A stretch of DNA of 64,000 nucleotides from Candidatus Saccharimonadota bacterium (GTDB taxonomy: Bacteria > Patescibacteriota > Saccharimonadia > Saccharimonadales > DTSZ01). The position numbers and the translations under genes are program-made. Below the pieces are notes generated by a model, which saw only the letters and a list, made by a program, of their open reading frames with translations, did not search any database and was not told the DNA's origin. The DNA lies in NCBI GenBank assembly GCA_012965045.1, contig DTSZ01000001.1:348937-412936 (forward strand). The letters are read 5' to 3'. The number at the start of each line of letters is the position of its first letter. Positions within the stretch are counted from its first letter, which is position 1. This document shows positions 27,942 through 37,120 of this stretch, one piece after another.

Positions 27942-28232
27942 AGCCGATCCTCCAAAATAATTAGTTTAAAAGTTATAAATATATATTGCTTATAGGATTT
28001 TGATTTTTTGTGGTTTCGCTAAATCTTGGAGCGAAGATTTGTGTAAATAGGTTCACTCAGTGACCGTAGTATGAGTGCCTGATGTCTATAAATATACGCT
28101 TTAAGCATGTACTTGCATATTGTAGATATGACCGCCTAAAGTGTGCATAAAAAACAAATAGTTCGTGAAATTATATACAAAAAACTTCTAGTTACTATGC
28201 TTAGCTTAGTGTAATTAACCAAGAGGTATGTT

Positions 28233-28565
28233 ATGAAAAAATTTATGTTTATTTACAAAGGCCCAGCTACAGCCGCAGAAGACATGAGCCCAGAACAATC
28301 AAAATCCATTATGCAGGCCTGGTCTGACTGGATGAACGGTGTCGAAGAAAATCTAATTGATATGGGCACACCACTTGCAAATGGCCACGCTTTATTCGAC
28401 GACGGCACAGACGGAGATGGACTCGATCTTAGTGGGTACAGCATTATCCAAGCAGACTCTATGGAGCACGCCATGGAATATGCCGATAGTCACCCGTTTT
28501 TAAGTGACGAAGACGGTAAATTTTCAATCGAAATTCACGAAATGTTGCCCGTTCCAGAAATGTAG
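28233..28565 (+). CDS. YCII-related (DGPF) domain protein
   Basis: 110 aa. MKKFMFIYKG...W..W and GYSIIQADSMEHAMEYA resemble YCII-family proteins. AAGAGG Shine-Dalgarno upstream. Confidence 0.65.
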   Translation: MKKFMFIYKGPATAAEDMSPEQSKSIMQAWSDWMNGVEENLIDMGTPLANGHALFDDGTDGDGLDLSGYSIIQADSMEHAMEYADSHPFLSDEDGKFSIEIHEMLPVPEM

Positions 28566-28937
28566 CATTCATGTAGTATTAGTCTAATATGTAAATTTTT
28601 AAAGCCCTACTTTTGGATTATATATACCTACTAGTACTGTTTGTTTTTTCAAATGCAATAATACTGCTGTCTTTTTATATTTTATCTAGAATCAGAATCC
28701 ATAAGAAAAGTAATGGACTCTTTTTTATACACCTATTCGTTATTCTGGCCTGTGCTTGCGCGCTAATAATATTCTTTAGCAAATTTCTTTTAAGAATTGC
28801 TATCTAAAAACATCGTAAAAACCCAACACTATATGAATTTACCTATATAAATTACAGCCAACCAAAGAACATATTTGACCACACCGCACCGCAAGTACTA
28901 CAGTTAAAGAAATAACTTATGCTTAAAGGATGGGTGC

Positions 28938-30554
28938 GTGAACCAAGAAGAGCCAAAACAAGAGCAAAATAAACCTAAGCCAATAACAAAAAACTCAACT
29001 AAAAAACCACACGGAAATTACCTTATGTGGGTGGTGCTCGCGGCCGTGATAAGTTTTTTGGTGTTTCTGACATTTGTCGTTGTCCGGAACGTACAGCCGC
29101 AAACAGCAACGCAGCCAAGCTTACAATTCCAGCCAGTCGAACAATTAACCCTTGGCATGATCTCTTCTGGCTTCAATTTATATCCACAAAATTCTAGTAT
29201 CGAAAACGACATCATCCTTAACCGGCAAATTTTTGAAGGTCTAGTGCGGTTTGAGGATAGAACAACCGTAGTGCCTCTGTTGGCAGAGTCGTGGTCCAAT
29301 CCCGACACTTCAACGTGGGTATTCAAACTAAAACCCAACATTGCCTTTCATAGCGGCAATATATTGACTGCAGATGACGTTGTTTATAGCGTAGAGCAAT
29401 TCAAAAAATATCACGGAGAAGACGCTACCTACATTTCGACCATCGAATCAGTTGAAGCTACTGACCCGCAAACAGTTACTATTAAAACAACCGCTCCCGA
29501 CCCAACACTGCTCAGTAAGCTGACATTGGTGTATATAATTGACTCTGAATACTCAGGAGATAACCCAGCTTTAGCAGGAACTGGACCATACCTAACAGAT
29601 TCTATCCCAACTGAAGAAACTGTGCGCTTAACCGCATTTGACAATTACCATAATGGGCCAGTTGGCGGAGTTCAAACACTAACCATAACGGCAATTCCTA
29701 CAGAAGAAGAAGAACTGCGATCAGCCCTTGAGCAACACCAATTTGATTACATCAGTACACTTAGTGGGCTAACTAATGTAGGTATAGACCCGAATCAATA
29801 CGGCTACGAAACAATTGTTCGCGAAAGCATTTCGGTGAACTACCTTGGTCTTAATCAAGCAAAGGATGGGCCCTTGCAGAACGAATCTGTTCGCCGTGCT
29901 ATATACCTTGGAATTGATGTCGACGAACTGCTAGATGCCTACGATAAAACTGGTACTCCAGCTAGCCAACCAGTCACCGTTGATATTCCCGGCTTCAATC
30001 CATTAATCGAACGGCCTGCACATAACCCAGAAGAAGCTAAAGAGCTATTGGTGGAAGCTGGTTACGCCGACGGATTAGACCTCGAGTTGACGTACTTTGT
30101 TACTGCGCGGCTCGCAGCAGAAAACATTAAAACCCAACTAGAAGAACTTGGCATCAATGTTACTCTCGACGAGCACGATAGCGGCCAAACCATTGGCCCA
30201 AAAGTCTTCGCCAGCGGTGAAGTCGACATGTTCTTCTCTGGATATTTGCCTGACATTAACGACGCAGTAGACACCCTGTCGTTCATGTTTGTAGACTCAC
30301 CTAACTATTCAAATCAAAGTATTGCCGATCAAATTAATCAGTCGTCCACCATCTTTAGCAATCAACGCCTAGAATTACTGCAATCAATAGCCGACCAACT
30401 AATGAAAGATGTCGCAGTGGTGCCACTGTATGTATCGGATGTTGAACTACTTGGCTACAACGACAGTGATTATGTTTACGAAATTGACGCAAACGGCACT
30501 GCTTTTGAGGGGATCCACTATGCAGAATTTTATAAAAAACAAGCTACAGAGTAG
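28938..30554 (+). CDS. ABC transporter substrate-binding protein, family 5 (peptide/nickel type)
   Basis: 538 aa with a GTG start and an N-terminal TM anchor. LAESWSNPDTSTWVFKLKPNIAFHSGNILTADDVVYS is the typical SBP_bac_5 signature region. Confidence 0.85.
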   Translation: MNQEEPKQEQNKPKPITKNSTKKPHGNYLMWVVLAAVISFLVFLTFVVVRNVQPQTATQPSLQFQPVEQLTLGMISSGFNLYPQNSSIENDIILNRQIFEGLVRFEDRTTVVPLLAESWSNPDTSTWVFKLKPNIAFHSGNILTADDVVYSVEQFKKYHGEDATYISTIESVEATDPQTVTIKTTAPDPTLLSKLTLVYIIDSEYSGDNPALAGTGPYLTDSIPTEETVRLTAFDNYHNGPVGGVQTLTITAIPTEEEELRSALEQHQFDYISTLSGLTNVGIDPNQYGYETIVRESISVNYLGLNQAKDGPLQNESVRRAIYLGIDVDELLDAYDKTGTPASQPVTVDIPGFNPLIERPAHNPEEAKELLVEAGYADGLDLELTYFVTARLAAENIKTQLEELGINVTLDEHDSGQTIGPKVFASGEVDMFFSGYLPDINDAVDTLSFMFVDSPNYSNQSIADQINQSSTIFSNQRLELLQSIADQLMKDVAVVPLYVSDVELLGYNDSDYVYEIDANGTAFEGIHYAEFYKKQATE

Positions 30555-30579
30555 CATTACGATGAGGATTACATAGCCC

Positions 30580-32007
30580 ATGCGTCTCGGCTTACGTTTA
30601 CGGGTTGTAGGGTTTGTCAGTTTAGTGCTTTTTGCCATTGTTGGCTGGGCAGTGGTTATGTTTTCGCAGTCCTTCGCTAGCAGACTGCGAGACGGCCTCC
30701 TAATGCAAGCAGACCAGTTTGCCGAGCTAGCAACCGAGCCTATTGGCGAGGCGTTTTTGCAATATAAAGATTCTGGCCGGGTAAGAATCACTCAGCAGAT
30801 CGAAAATTTTGTTGCCCTAAATGACACCATTACTAACGTAAACATTTACGATGTAAGCGGAAACCTGCTGTATCAACAAAATAACTCATCTGACACCAGC
30901 AACCAAACAGTCTCAGACCAAGCACTTCAAACTATCGACACCACCTATCTCTACAGCCAAGACAACACCATCCAACAGGTAGTTAGTCCATATGTAGAAG
31001 ACACGGGCGTGCATCGCTACACAATTGTGTACCAAATAGACTCTTCGTCGATTTCTGCAGACGTATCGCGTACCGTAAACACAACTATTGCAGTTGGCAT
31101 TGCTGTTATTGCCGTTACTATTCTTGCTGTTTCCCTGTTGCTAGAATTATTGTTGCTTAAACCAATCTCTAAACTGCAACAGGCTGCAGAATCAGTAAGT
31201 AAAAGTGATAACAACACAGAAATACCAGTTTTTGCTAGAAACGATGAGATTGGTGATTTATCACGCTCAGTAGAAATAATGGCAAACAAACTGCAGGCCG
31301 ATATTGAGCAGCTGCGCGGTGTCGACAAATCAAAATCAGAATTTATGGCTCTTTCTTCACATTATCTACGGACACCCATAACTGTCTTAAAAGCCTGCAT
31401 GGAGCTGCTTGGAGATTCCAAAAATAACAATCAGAAGTCTCGAGCTTTAGCTATTGCAAATGCAACTCAGGCAACCGAAAAACTGTACGAACTGACTGAA
31501 AATATTCTGCTTATTGCCAGGTTCCAGGTTAATACTGGTGACATCGAATCAGAAGAAGTTGAAATCAATTCATTCCTTACGGATTTGTGTACCACTTATA
31601 AAGTCCAAGCGGCTGACAAAGGTCTGGATTTTACAGCCAAGTTTGAAGGTCAGGACTCAACTGTAAACATTTCAAAAGAATATCTTAAAATTATTATAGA
31701 CAATGTTTTTTCTAATGCTCTTCACTTCACTGCTTCTGGGGGCATTACCTTGCAAGCGGCTAAGGATAATAATGCGGTCTCGATTTCTATTACCGACACC
31801 GGCCGCGGAATTGCACAAAAAGAGTTATCACGATTGTTTGAAGGTTTTCATATCGGTGAAGACTTTATGACAATGACAGAAAGCCACACCGGTCTGGGCC
31901 TCTACACTATAAAACTAATAATCGAAAAACACGGTGGCAACATCTCTGTAACCAGCGAACAAGACAAAGGTACCTGCGTTACAATTACTTTGCCGTCTAT
32001 ACAGTAG
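30580..32007 (+). CDS. sensor histidine kinase (TM - HAMP - HisKA - HATPase_c)
   Basis: 475 aa with H-box SEFMALSSHYLRTPIT, N-box NVFSNALHFT, G-boxes TDTGRGI and GLGLYT. No response regulator is adjacent. Confidence 0.88.
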   Translation: MRLGLRLRVVGFVSLVLFAIVGWAVVMFSQSFASRLRDGLLMQADQFAELATEPIGEAFLQYKDSGRVRITQQIENFVALNDTITNVNIYDVSGNLLYQQNNSSDTSNQTVSDQALQTIDTTYLYSQDNTIQQVVSPYVEDTGVHRYTIVYQIDSSSISADVSRTVNTTIAVGIAVIAVTILAVSLLLELLLLKPISKLQQAAESVSKSDNNTEIPVFARNDEIGDLSRSVEIMANKLQADIEQLRGVDKSKSEFMALSSHYLRTPITVLKACMELLGDSKNNNQKSRALAIANATQATEKLYELTENILLIARFQVNTGDIESEEVEINSFLTDLCTTYKVQAADKGLDFTAKFEGQDSTVNISKEYLKIIIDNVFSNALHFTASGGITLQAAKDNNAVSISITDTGRGIAQKELSRLFEGFHIGEDFMTMTESHTGLGLYTIKLIIEKHGGNISVTSEQDKGTCVTITLPSIQ

Positions 32008-32121
32008 ACCAGCAAGCAGAGTTACAGATTGCAAAGAATAGTGCGCGCGTATTGTATTAAATTTTCCGAAATACTACTTTGAAGAAGTATTTCAACAGTT
32101 CAGCTTATTCTTGAATTATCC

Positions 32122-32892
32122 TTAAACCCAGTCCGAATCATTAAAATGATAAGCGCTACCGTTAACCGGACTTGCAGGCATAGACCGGAATTTATCAACA
32201 CAGGCCTCTATGTCACTAAAATCGTTTGGTTGCATAGCATTAATTATGGTTAGGTTTGCTGGACTTAACTCAAACCCATCTACAATAGACACACTCCTGT
32301 GGCTTTCTTGTATCCCCACCATAAACACTAAGGGCTCCCCGTCTGAAGCTTCTAGATCTTCAAGACCTTGACCTATCGTGGCAAGTGCAATTCGGTTGCC
32401 TTTTAAGCTCATGACTTTGCCATCTTTATGAAGATTAGCTTGTTCTGCAAAAACAGACTTTACGATGTAATCTGTAACATTCGGTTTTCCTTCTACTCCA
32501 AGCGCACTAGTATTACGTGGCGGTAAATCCAAGCCAGCATATCTATATTTCGCGCCTTTAATTGCTAAACGAGCGTCTTCTAAAACTCTGCCTATCGGTC
32601 CTAATTCTTCCCGTCTTTCAGACTCTATACGCTCTTCATTTTGTCGTTTTATTTCCCATGCCCTTAGAGCTTCGAATCTCTTATGCTCATCTATAACCGC
32701 TCTCTCGGCTTTCTCGCGCGATCTTTCTTCGATGGCAGGGAATATCCTACGAAAAAACTTAACAGCTTTATTACTCTTATTGAGTCTTCGCTGCGCTTGT
32801 TCGCTAATTTCCTCTGCACTAATTTCCTGTACAGGAGCTGAAAATTCTTCAATCATATTACATATTATATTACTATGTTGGGTAATTGTCAA
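32122..32892 (-). CDS. hypothetical protein (about 245-256 aa)
   Basis: Long ORF with a charged, coiled-coil-like N-half (ERSREKAERAVIDEHKRFEALRAWEIKRQNEERIESERREE). No motif recognised. The start may be M13 at 32856. Confidence 0.55.
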   Translation of the reverse strand: MTITQHSNIICNMIEEFSAPVQEISAEEISEQAQRRLNKSNKAVKFFRRIFPAIEERSREKAERAVIDEHKRFEALRAWEIKRQNEERIESERREELGPIGRVLEDARLAIKGAKYRYAGLDLPPRNTSALGVEGKPNVTDYIVKSVFAEQANLHKDGKVMSLKGNRIALATIGQGLEDLEASDGEPLVFMVGIQESHRSVSIVDGFELSPANLTIINAMQPNDFSDIEACVDKFRSMPASPVNGSAYHFNDSDWV

Positions 32893-33213
32893 TATTATTC
32901 AGGTTTGTGTAAAATTTATAGATCTTGAATATACGATTAGATACCAGCTAGCATTAACCTTCGCTCATTTGTTGGTTCTGAGGATATAGTTCTCTTATCA
33001 TTATTCGAAAATTTATCTGTTATTTGATTGAATTTAGAGTTGTATCTGTTTAAAATCTTGAAAGGAAATTTGCCTTCCTAGTTCTTTAAACCAAGACATT
33101 CTACTGAAAATTTATATACAAATGCCTGTTCGAGGAACTAAAGAGGGGAAATTGCGGTAAACTGTATGTATTCAAAATTGTTTGAATACGAAAGTTGGCA
33201 GCAATTTCTACGA

Positions 33214-33288
33214 TGGGGCGTGGCCAAATGGTAAGGCAGCGGTTTCTGGTACCGAAGATTGTAGGTTCAAGTCCTACCGCCCCAGCCA
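33214..33288 (+). tRNA. tRNA-Gln (anticodon CUG), CCA encoded
   Basis: Cloverleaf by hand. Acceptor TGGGGCG/CGCCCCA, anticodon arm GCGGT-TTCTGGT-ACCGA, T arm GTAGG-TTCAAGT-CCTAC, discriminator G plus CCA. Closely resembles E. coli tRNA-Gln. Confidence 0.9.
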
Positions 33289-33551
33289 ATAAAAACGAGT
33301 CCATTTTTGGGCTCATTTTTATTGATTTGGCATGATGGACTTGAACCTAGTTAGGTGAGAAATGACTAAATGTCATTTCGCAAGACCCGGAAGCCCGGAT
33401 TGGCTTGGCAGCCAACCGAGTTGAGGAGGGGTGAAACATGCTGGCAGCATGTCGCAAGGAAATCTACTCTTGAAAACTGGTTTTTCAAAGATGTAGTTTC
33501 GGGATCGCAGGATGTGATGCGGAATTTTTACAAAGTAAAAATATCTGTGAC

Positions 33552-33571
33552 CAAGTCCTACCGCCCCAGCC
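33552..33571 (+). repeat. 20-nt direct repeat of the tRNA-Gln 3' end (att-like scar)
   Basis: CAAGTCCTACCGCCCCAGCC at 33552-33571 is identical to 33268-33287 inside the tRNA. An inverted 11-nt T-arm fragment (GGACTTGAACC, 33337-33347) lies between the two copies. Confidence 0.8.
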
Positions 33572-33694
33572 TAAATAAATCAGTAGCCTCCGTCCATTCT
33601 TTGTTTATGCAAGCTGTCATTGCCGACAAGAAATAGATATGTATACCGAAATACCCGAGAACTGCTGCTTGATACTTATTGCTATACTTTTATT

Positions 33695-34144
33695 ATGAGA
33701 TCTATTAAAAGGGATATTGTTGGTGGCTTTATATTTTCCAGCGATGGAAAATTATTGCTTGGCAAAAATCGTAAAGGCGGCGTGTACCAAGAGTCATTTG
33801 TAGTCCCCGGTGGTGGAATAGACCAAGGCGAAACAAAACATCGGGCACTACAGCGTGAAATGCTTGAAGAGACAGGTATAAATATTAGAGGTTGCAAAAT
33901 TACGCCTATAAACACACTTCACGTTCAATCGCAAAAAACCTTACGTGAAACTGGTGAAACTGTATTAGTTAACATGACCTTTTATAACTACAAGATTGTG
34001 GTACCAAAAAGTGCAAACGATATAAAAATAAAAGCCGAAGATGATTGGACAGAGCCACAATGGTTCACTAACGACAAACTACAATCTATAAATCTGAGCC
34101 CGCCTACAAAAACTACATTAGGCATATTGAATATACTTAAATAA
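33695..34144 (+). CDS. NUDIX hydrolase
   Basis: Nudix box GGGIDQGETKHRALQREMLEETGI. I prefer the ATG at 33695 (MRSIKRD) over the track start 33620. Confidence 0.8.
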   Translation: MRSIKRDIVGGFIFSSDGKLLLGKNRKGGVYQESFVVPGGGIDQGETKHRALQREMLEETGINIRGCKITPINTLHVQSQKTLRETGETVLVNMTFYNYKIVVPKSANDIKIKAEDDWTEPQWFTNDKLQSINLSPPTKTTLGILNILK

Positions 34145-34292
34145 TGAAACAGATTATTTTTACACCAGTAAATGAACGGTAACTAGAGCAATGTCACACC
34201 ACCCTCATTGAGTAACGACCAAGCATGAAAATATCTGACAATTATTTCGTTACTAAATTGACTAAAACAATGTTTTATTATAATGTCAGTCC

Positions 34293-34595
34293 ATGGAAGA
34301 CCACAGTAAGTTACCCCCATACCTAGCAATACCGCAATCAATAGATATTACTCCAGACGGTACGGTAGTAAGAGAAGATGTACTTATGCCAGAAGATGCT
34401 GACCCACAGCAAGTAGCAGAACACATGGCTTTAGATCGGGGTGTAGACCCAAGCGATATAACGGTTAAAGAACAAGGCACGTCAGCTAGAGATGCAAGTC
34501 GTGGCAATAGAGCTGGAAAAGTTTTTGGCTTCAGTAACTGGAATGGCAGCAAATGGGAACCAAGAGGCCCCAAGGGTGACCCGACCCTCAACTAA
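34293..34595 (+). CDS. hypothetical small protein (100 aa)
   Basis: The + frame has more protein-like composition than the fully overlapping minus ORF 34286-34591. No motif recognised, and it sits in an accessory-looking region. Confidence 0.3.
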   Translation: MEDHSKLPPYLAIPQSIDITPDGTVVREDVLMPEDADPQQVAEHMALDRGVDPSDITVKEQGTSARDASRGNRAGKVFGFSNWNGSKWEPRGPKGDPTLN

Positions 34596-34675
34596 TAGTA
34601 TTGGTTCCAAATTTTTGAGTTTTTTCTGTATCTACAGCCGTGCTAAACCCTCCCACTGCGCAGCGCAGTTCTACT

Positions 34676-34828
34676 CTACTCATACCTCAACGATTTAACC
34701 GGGTCTTTGCGACTAGCTTTAATTGCTGGGTATAGTCCGAAAATAACACCTGCCAGCACCGAAACAACCTGCACATTTATAATAAAATTTGCATCAACAA
34801 TCGCCACAGTTCTAGCTATAATCACATT
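34676..34828 (-). pseudogene. C-terminal remnant of an FtsX/MacB-type ABC permease
   Basis: The open frame of 50 codons ends ...VLAGVIFGLYPAIKASRKDPVKSLRYE*. That is the characteristic last TM helix plus YPAxKAxRxDPvxxLRxE tail of FtsX-family permeases. No upstream body of the gene remains (stop at 34829-34831). Confidence 0.6.
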
Positions 34829-34937
34829 TTAGTACTCATAAAAATTTAAAAAAATTGCTGAAACTATTATTTTTATTAAAAATTAGATCGATGTTCGTGA
34901 ACCGACTACAGACTATTACAGATGGCTAACTCAATAT

Positions 34938-35189
34938 CTAATTACCGCAAGTTGCTAGTGAACGTGCGAAAAATCCAGCTATTGCAGCTGCTATAAATAC
35001 GAACCACAAAACAAATTTAGCCAATATGCGTATTGATTTATGTGTAATCTTACCAGCATAACGATTAAGCTTTACCGTTATAAAGATCGCTAATGCCAGC
35101 CCACCAAAGTACAAAAGGTTTGCTCTTAAAATTTCGTCGCTATCGGGAGCAGAGCCAGTGCATAAGAAGGCGATAGTTTGATAATTCAT
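34938..35189 (-). CDS. hypothetical small membrane protein (83 aa)
   Basis: Two to three hydrophobic helices (LLYFGGLALAIFITV, FVLWFVFIAAAIAGFF). No motif recognised. Confidence 0.4.
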   Translation of the reverse strand: MNYQTIAFLCTGSAPDSDEILRANLLYFGGLALAIFITVKLNRYAGKITHKSIRILAKFVLWFVFIAAAIAGFFARSLATCGN

Positions 35190-35275
35190 TAGTTAAAGTA
35201 TACATCAGCAGTATAAAATCCCGCATATCCTTCTTTAGGCGCATGCCTCAAATAACAGCACAATCTACAGCATAG

Positions 35276-36283
35276 TCATGAGCTGCTAGAACTTCGCCGT
35301 TTTATAAGATTCTCCCATTTTGTATCATAGCCAAACACAATTGCATACGGTGCCGATTTAGTCATAAAAGCATCGTCACCTTGCGCTTCAAACTGGATAT
35401 TATCTAAATCGACTGTTTCTAAAAAGATTCTAAATCCTTCGATCTCTGGCCAAATTTGGCGAATCTTTTTCGTATATAGCCAATATTTACCAGCATGCTT
35501 GATCCAAAACTTAACTACTATATAGGCTATTAATAAATACACTGGGAATAAAAGAAACCCAAGCCCGAACGTTACAATCAACCCAGTAAATATTGAATAC
35601 AAGCTAAGTGGACCATATTCAACACCGTTCCAATTTGTCGGCAAAAACGCAAAAATCATAGGCAGTAAACTTATTATAAATACAGTCCTGGCTATGCGTT
35701 TTCGCCGTTGTCTTCTAAAATCGTCAACCACAAAGCCTTTTTGACTTAACTCATGTCTAACAGCAGCCGTAAAGCTTGTAAGATTATGACTCACAGGAAT
35801 TGTGAACGAATATTCTTTTCCATTAACAAACGCACTAATTTGATTAGTATCTTGAATAACATCAGGCTGGTTTTTGTTTGATTTGGTGAAGAATTCGACC
35901 GCGATTTTTTGATGCTCTTTAGCCAAAGCTAACTTAGACGTATCAAGTATCTTTACAGAATTCATGCCAGTTATGCGTAGGGCGCCCATGTGCTCAAGTT
36001 CCAACACAGACGCAATCACTTCTTTTGTGTCTACCTCCATGTCGTACAAAAGCCCAACTTCAGCAGCCGTCATACCTTGCGGCGGCTCGAACTGACTAAT
36101 AATGGTGCCAGCTCGTTCGTTTGCGATTTGTGTTGCTTTTCTGCGAACTCGTGCGGCAAATAAAATTACTGGTGAAAATAGCAAAAACACAATAAAAAAC
36201 AGTACGAAAAAAAACAGCAAGATTATAATATATCCGGAAAAATCATCGGTACTTGCACTTATTGTCGCTGCAATACTATCCAT
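35276..36283 (-). CDS. membrane protein resembling the C-terminal (membrane) half of DUF2207 proteins
   Basis: 335 aa. QFEPPQGMTAAEVGLLYDMEVDTKEVIASVLELEHMGALRI parallels YVPPAGLNVVSSEVILKEKLTTAGISAGILQLATLGYIKI in the DUF2207 gene at 25865-27730. Several TM helices. Last gene of the kinase operon. Confidence 0.6.
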   Translation of the reverse strand: MDSIAATISASTDDFSGYIIILLFFFVLFFIVFLLFSPVILFAARVRRKATQIANERAGTIISQFEPPQGMTAAEVGLLYDMEVDTKEVIASVLELEHMGALRITGMNSVKILDTSKLALAKEHQKIAVEFFTKSNKNQPDVIQDTNQISAFVNGKEYSFTIPVSHNLTSFTAAVRHELSQKGFVVDDFRRQRRKRIARTVFIISLLPMIFAFLPTNWNGVEYGPLSLYSIFTGLIVTFGLGFLLFPVYLLIAYIVVKFWIKHAGKYWLYTKKIRQIWPEIEGFRIFLETVDLDNIQFEAQGDDAFMTKSAPYAIVFGYDTKWENLIKRRSSSSS

Positions 36284-36291
36284 ACAACTAG

Positions 36292-36762
36292 TTAAACATC
36301 CTTAATTGGTGGCAAAAAGCGAATTCTGCTCAAGCGCTGTGCTCCATCGGCTCCTGGCTTGCAGTCAATGTCGTGCAAACTGGCAAAGTAGTCGCCGTCA
36401 CTTCCCCGGTATAAAATTTTGCAGTCTTGAATATAATTTCCGTAGATTTTAGGGCCATTATAAATCTGAAACTCTCGTCGTTCACCGGGCTCTAATTGTC
36501 GTTGTAACTCCATTTTTTTACCAAACATATGGATTTCATCTAAGAAAACAATTTGTTTCGAATTGTTAAGAATAAAGGCGTCACAGGTCATTATATTTCC
36601 GTTAAAACTACAGTCGTACCGCTGATCAATAAAAACCTCTGGCACATCTTTACCATCTATTCGGCTTGGTCGCTCGGTCGGCTTGCTAGTAGCTTGTTGG
36701 TCGTCAGGCTGAAATACTGGTTCACCGCTGAGCATTCTTTTTATAAATTTTCCTAATGCCAT
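36292..36762 (-). CDS. hypothetical protein (156 aa) in the two-component operon
   Basis: ORF separated by 1 nt from the receiver gene. No confident family. It contains DCSFNG (DxSxxG-like) but no proper RxxxR. Confidence 0.6.
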   Translation of the reverse strand: MALGKFIKRMLSGEPVFQPDDQQATSKPTERPSRIDGKDVPEVFIDQRYDCSFNGNIMTCDAFILNNSKQIVFLDEIHMFGKKMELQRQLEPGERREFQIYNGPKIYGNYIQDCKILYRGSDGDYFASLHDIDCKPGADGAQRLSRIRFLPPIKDV

Positions 36763-36763
36763 A

Positions 36764-37120
36764 TTATTGGTAGGAGTTAAGTTTCTCGAGTAATTGCGAC
36801 GGAGTGTTTTCAGCTTTGATAAGAAAGTCGGCTACTCCGAGGTTGATTGCCTCTGACACAGTTTCTGGCTTATTGAAGTCACTTAAAACAATAACCTTAG
36901 TCTTCTCTGGTTTATCAAATTGTTCCAGAAATTGGATGCCGTTTATTTTAGGCAGCAGCAGGTCAAGCAATATAAAGTCGAATTCTATGTTTTGTAGCAA
37001 CTCAAGCGCCTGGTCGACGTCGGTAACGGTTTCAACCTTATATTCACCATGCCGTTCTAAATAATCGCCATAAATTTTGTGAAGGACCGGAAAGTCTTCG
37101 ATCATTAAAATTCGTTTCAT
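36764..37120 (-). CDS. single-domain response regulator (receiver only, CheY-like)
   Basis: 118 aa with MKRILMIEDFP, phospho-acceptor FILLDLLLP, VIVLSDF and ADFLIKA (conserved Lys). No output domain. Confidence 0.85.
   Translation of the reverse strand: MKRILMIEDFPVLHKIYGDYLERHGEYKVETVTDVDQALELLQNIEFDFILLDLLLPKINGIQFLEQFDKPEKTKVIVLSDFNKPETVSEAINLGVADFLIKAENTPSQLLEKLNSYQ

Noticed and set aside
28613-28807. The 64-aa hydrophobic ORF with a TTG start
   Set aside because: It lies in an AT-rich spacer with no Shine-Dalgarno, and its Ile/Leu/Phe richness is what AT-rich DNA gives by chance. Kept only as a remote possibility.
33320-33420. A second, minus-strand tRNA suggested by the inverted GGACTTGAACC T-arm string
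   Set aside because: The flanking bases cannot form a T stem (only 2 bp) or an acceptor stem. It is a fragment, not a gene.
33370-33636. Track ORF of 88 aa spanning the tRNA-Gln repeat
   Set aside because: It runs through the duplicated tRNA 3' end and the hairpin-rich scar. It has basic low-complexity composition and no Shine-Dalgarno.
34286-34591. The minus-strand 101-aa ORF overlapping 34293-34595
   Set aside because: It is Ser/Pro/Leu/Cys-rich and mirrors the slightly more protein-like plus-strand ORF. Neither is well supported.
36292-36762. The 156-aa operon protein as a PilZ (c-di-GMP binding) domain
   Set aside because: A DxSxxG-like string (DCSFNG) is present, but the upstream arginine motif is RPSR (RxxR), not RxxxR. 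I cannot verify the fold, so it is left as hypothetical.
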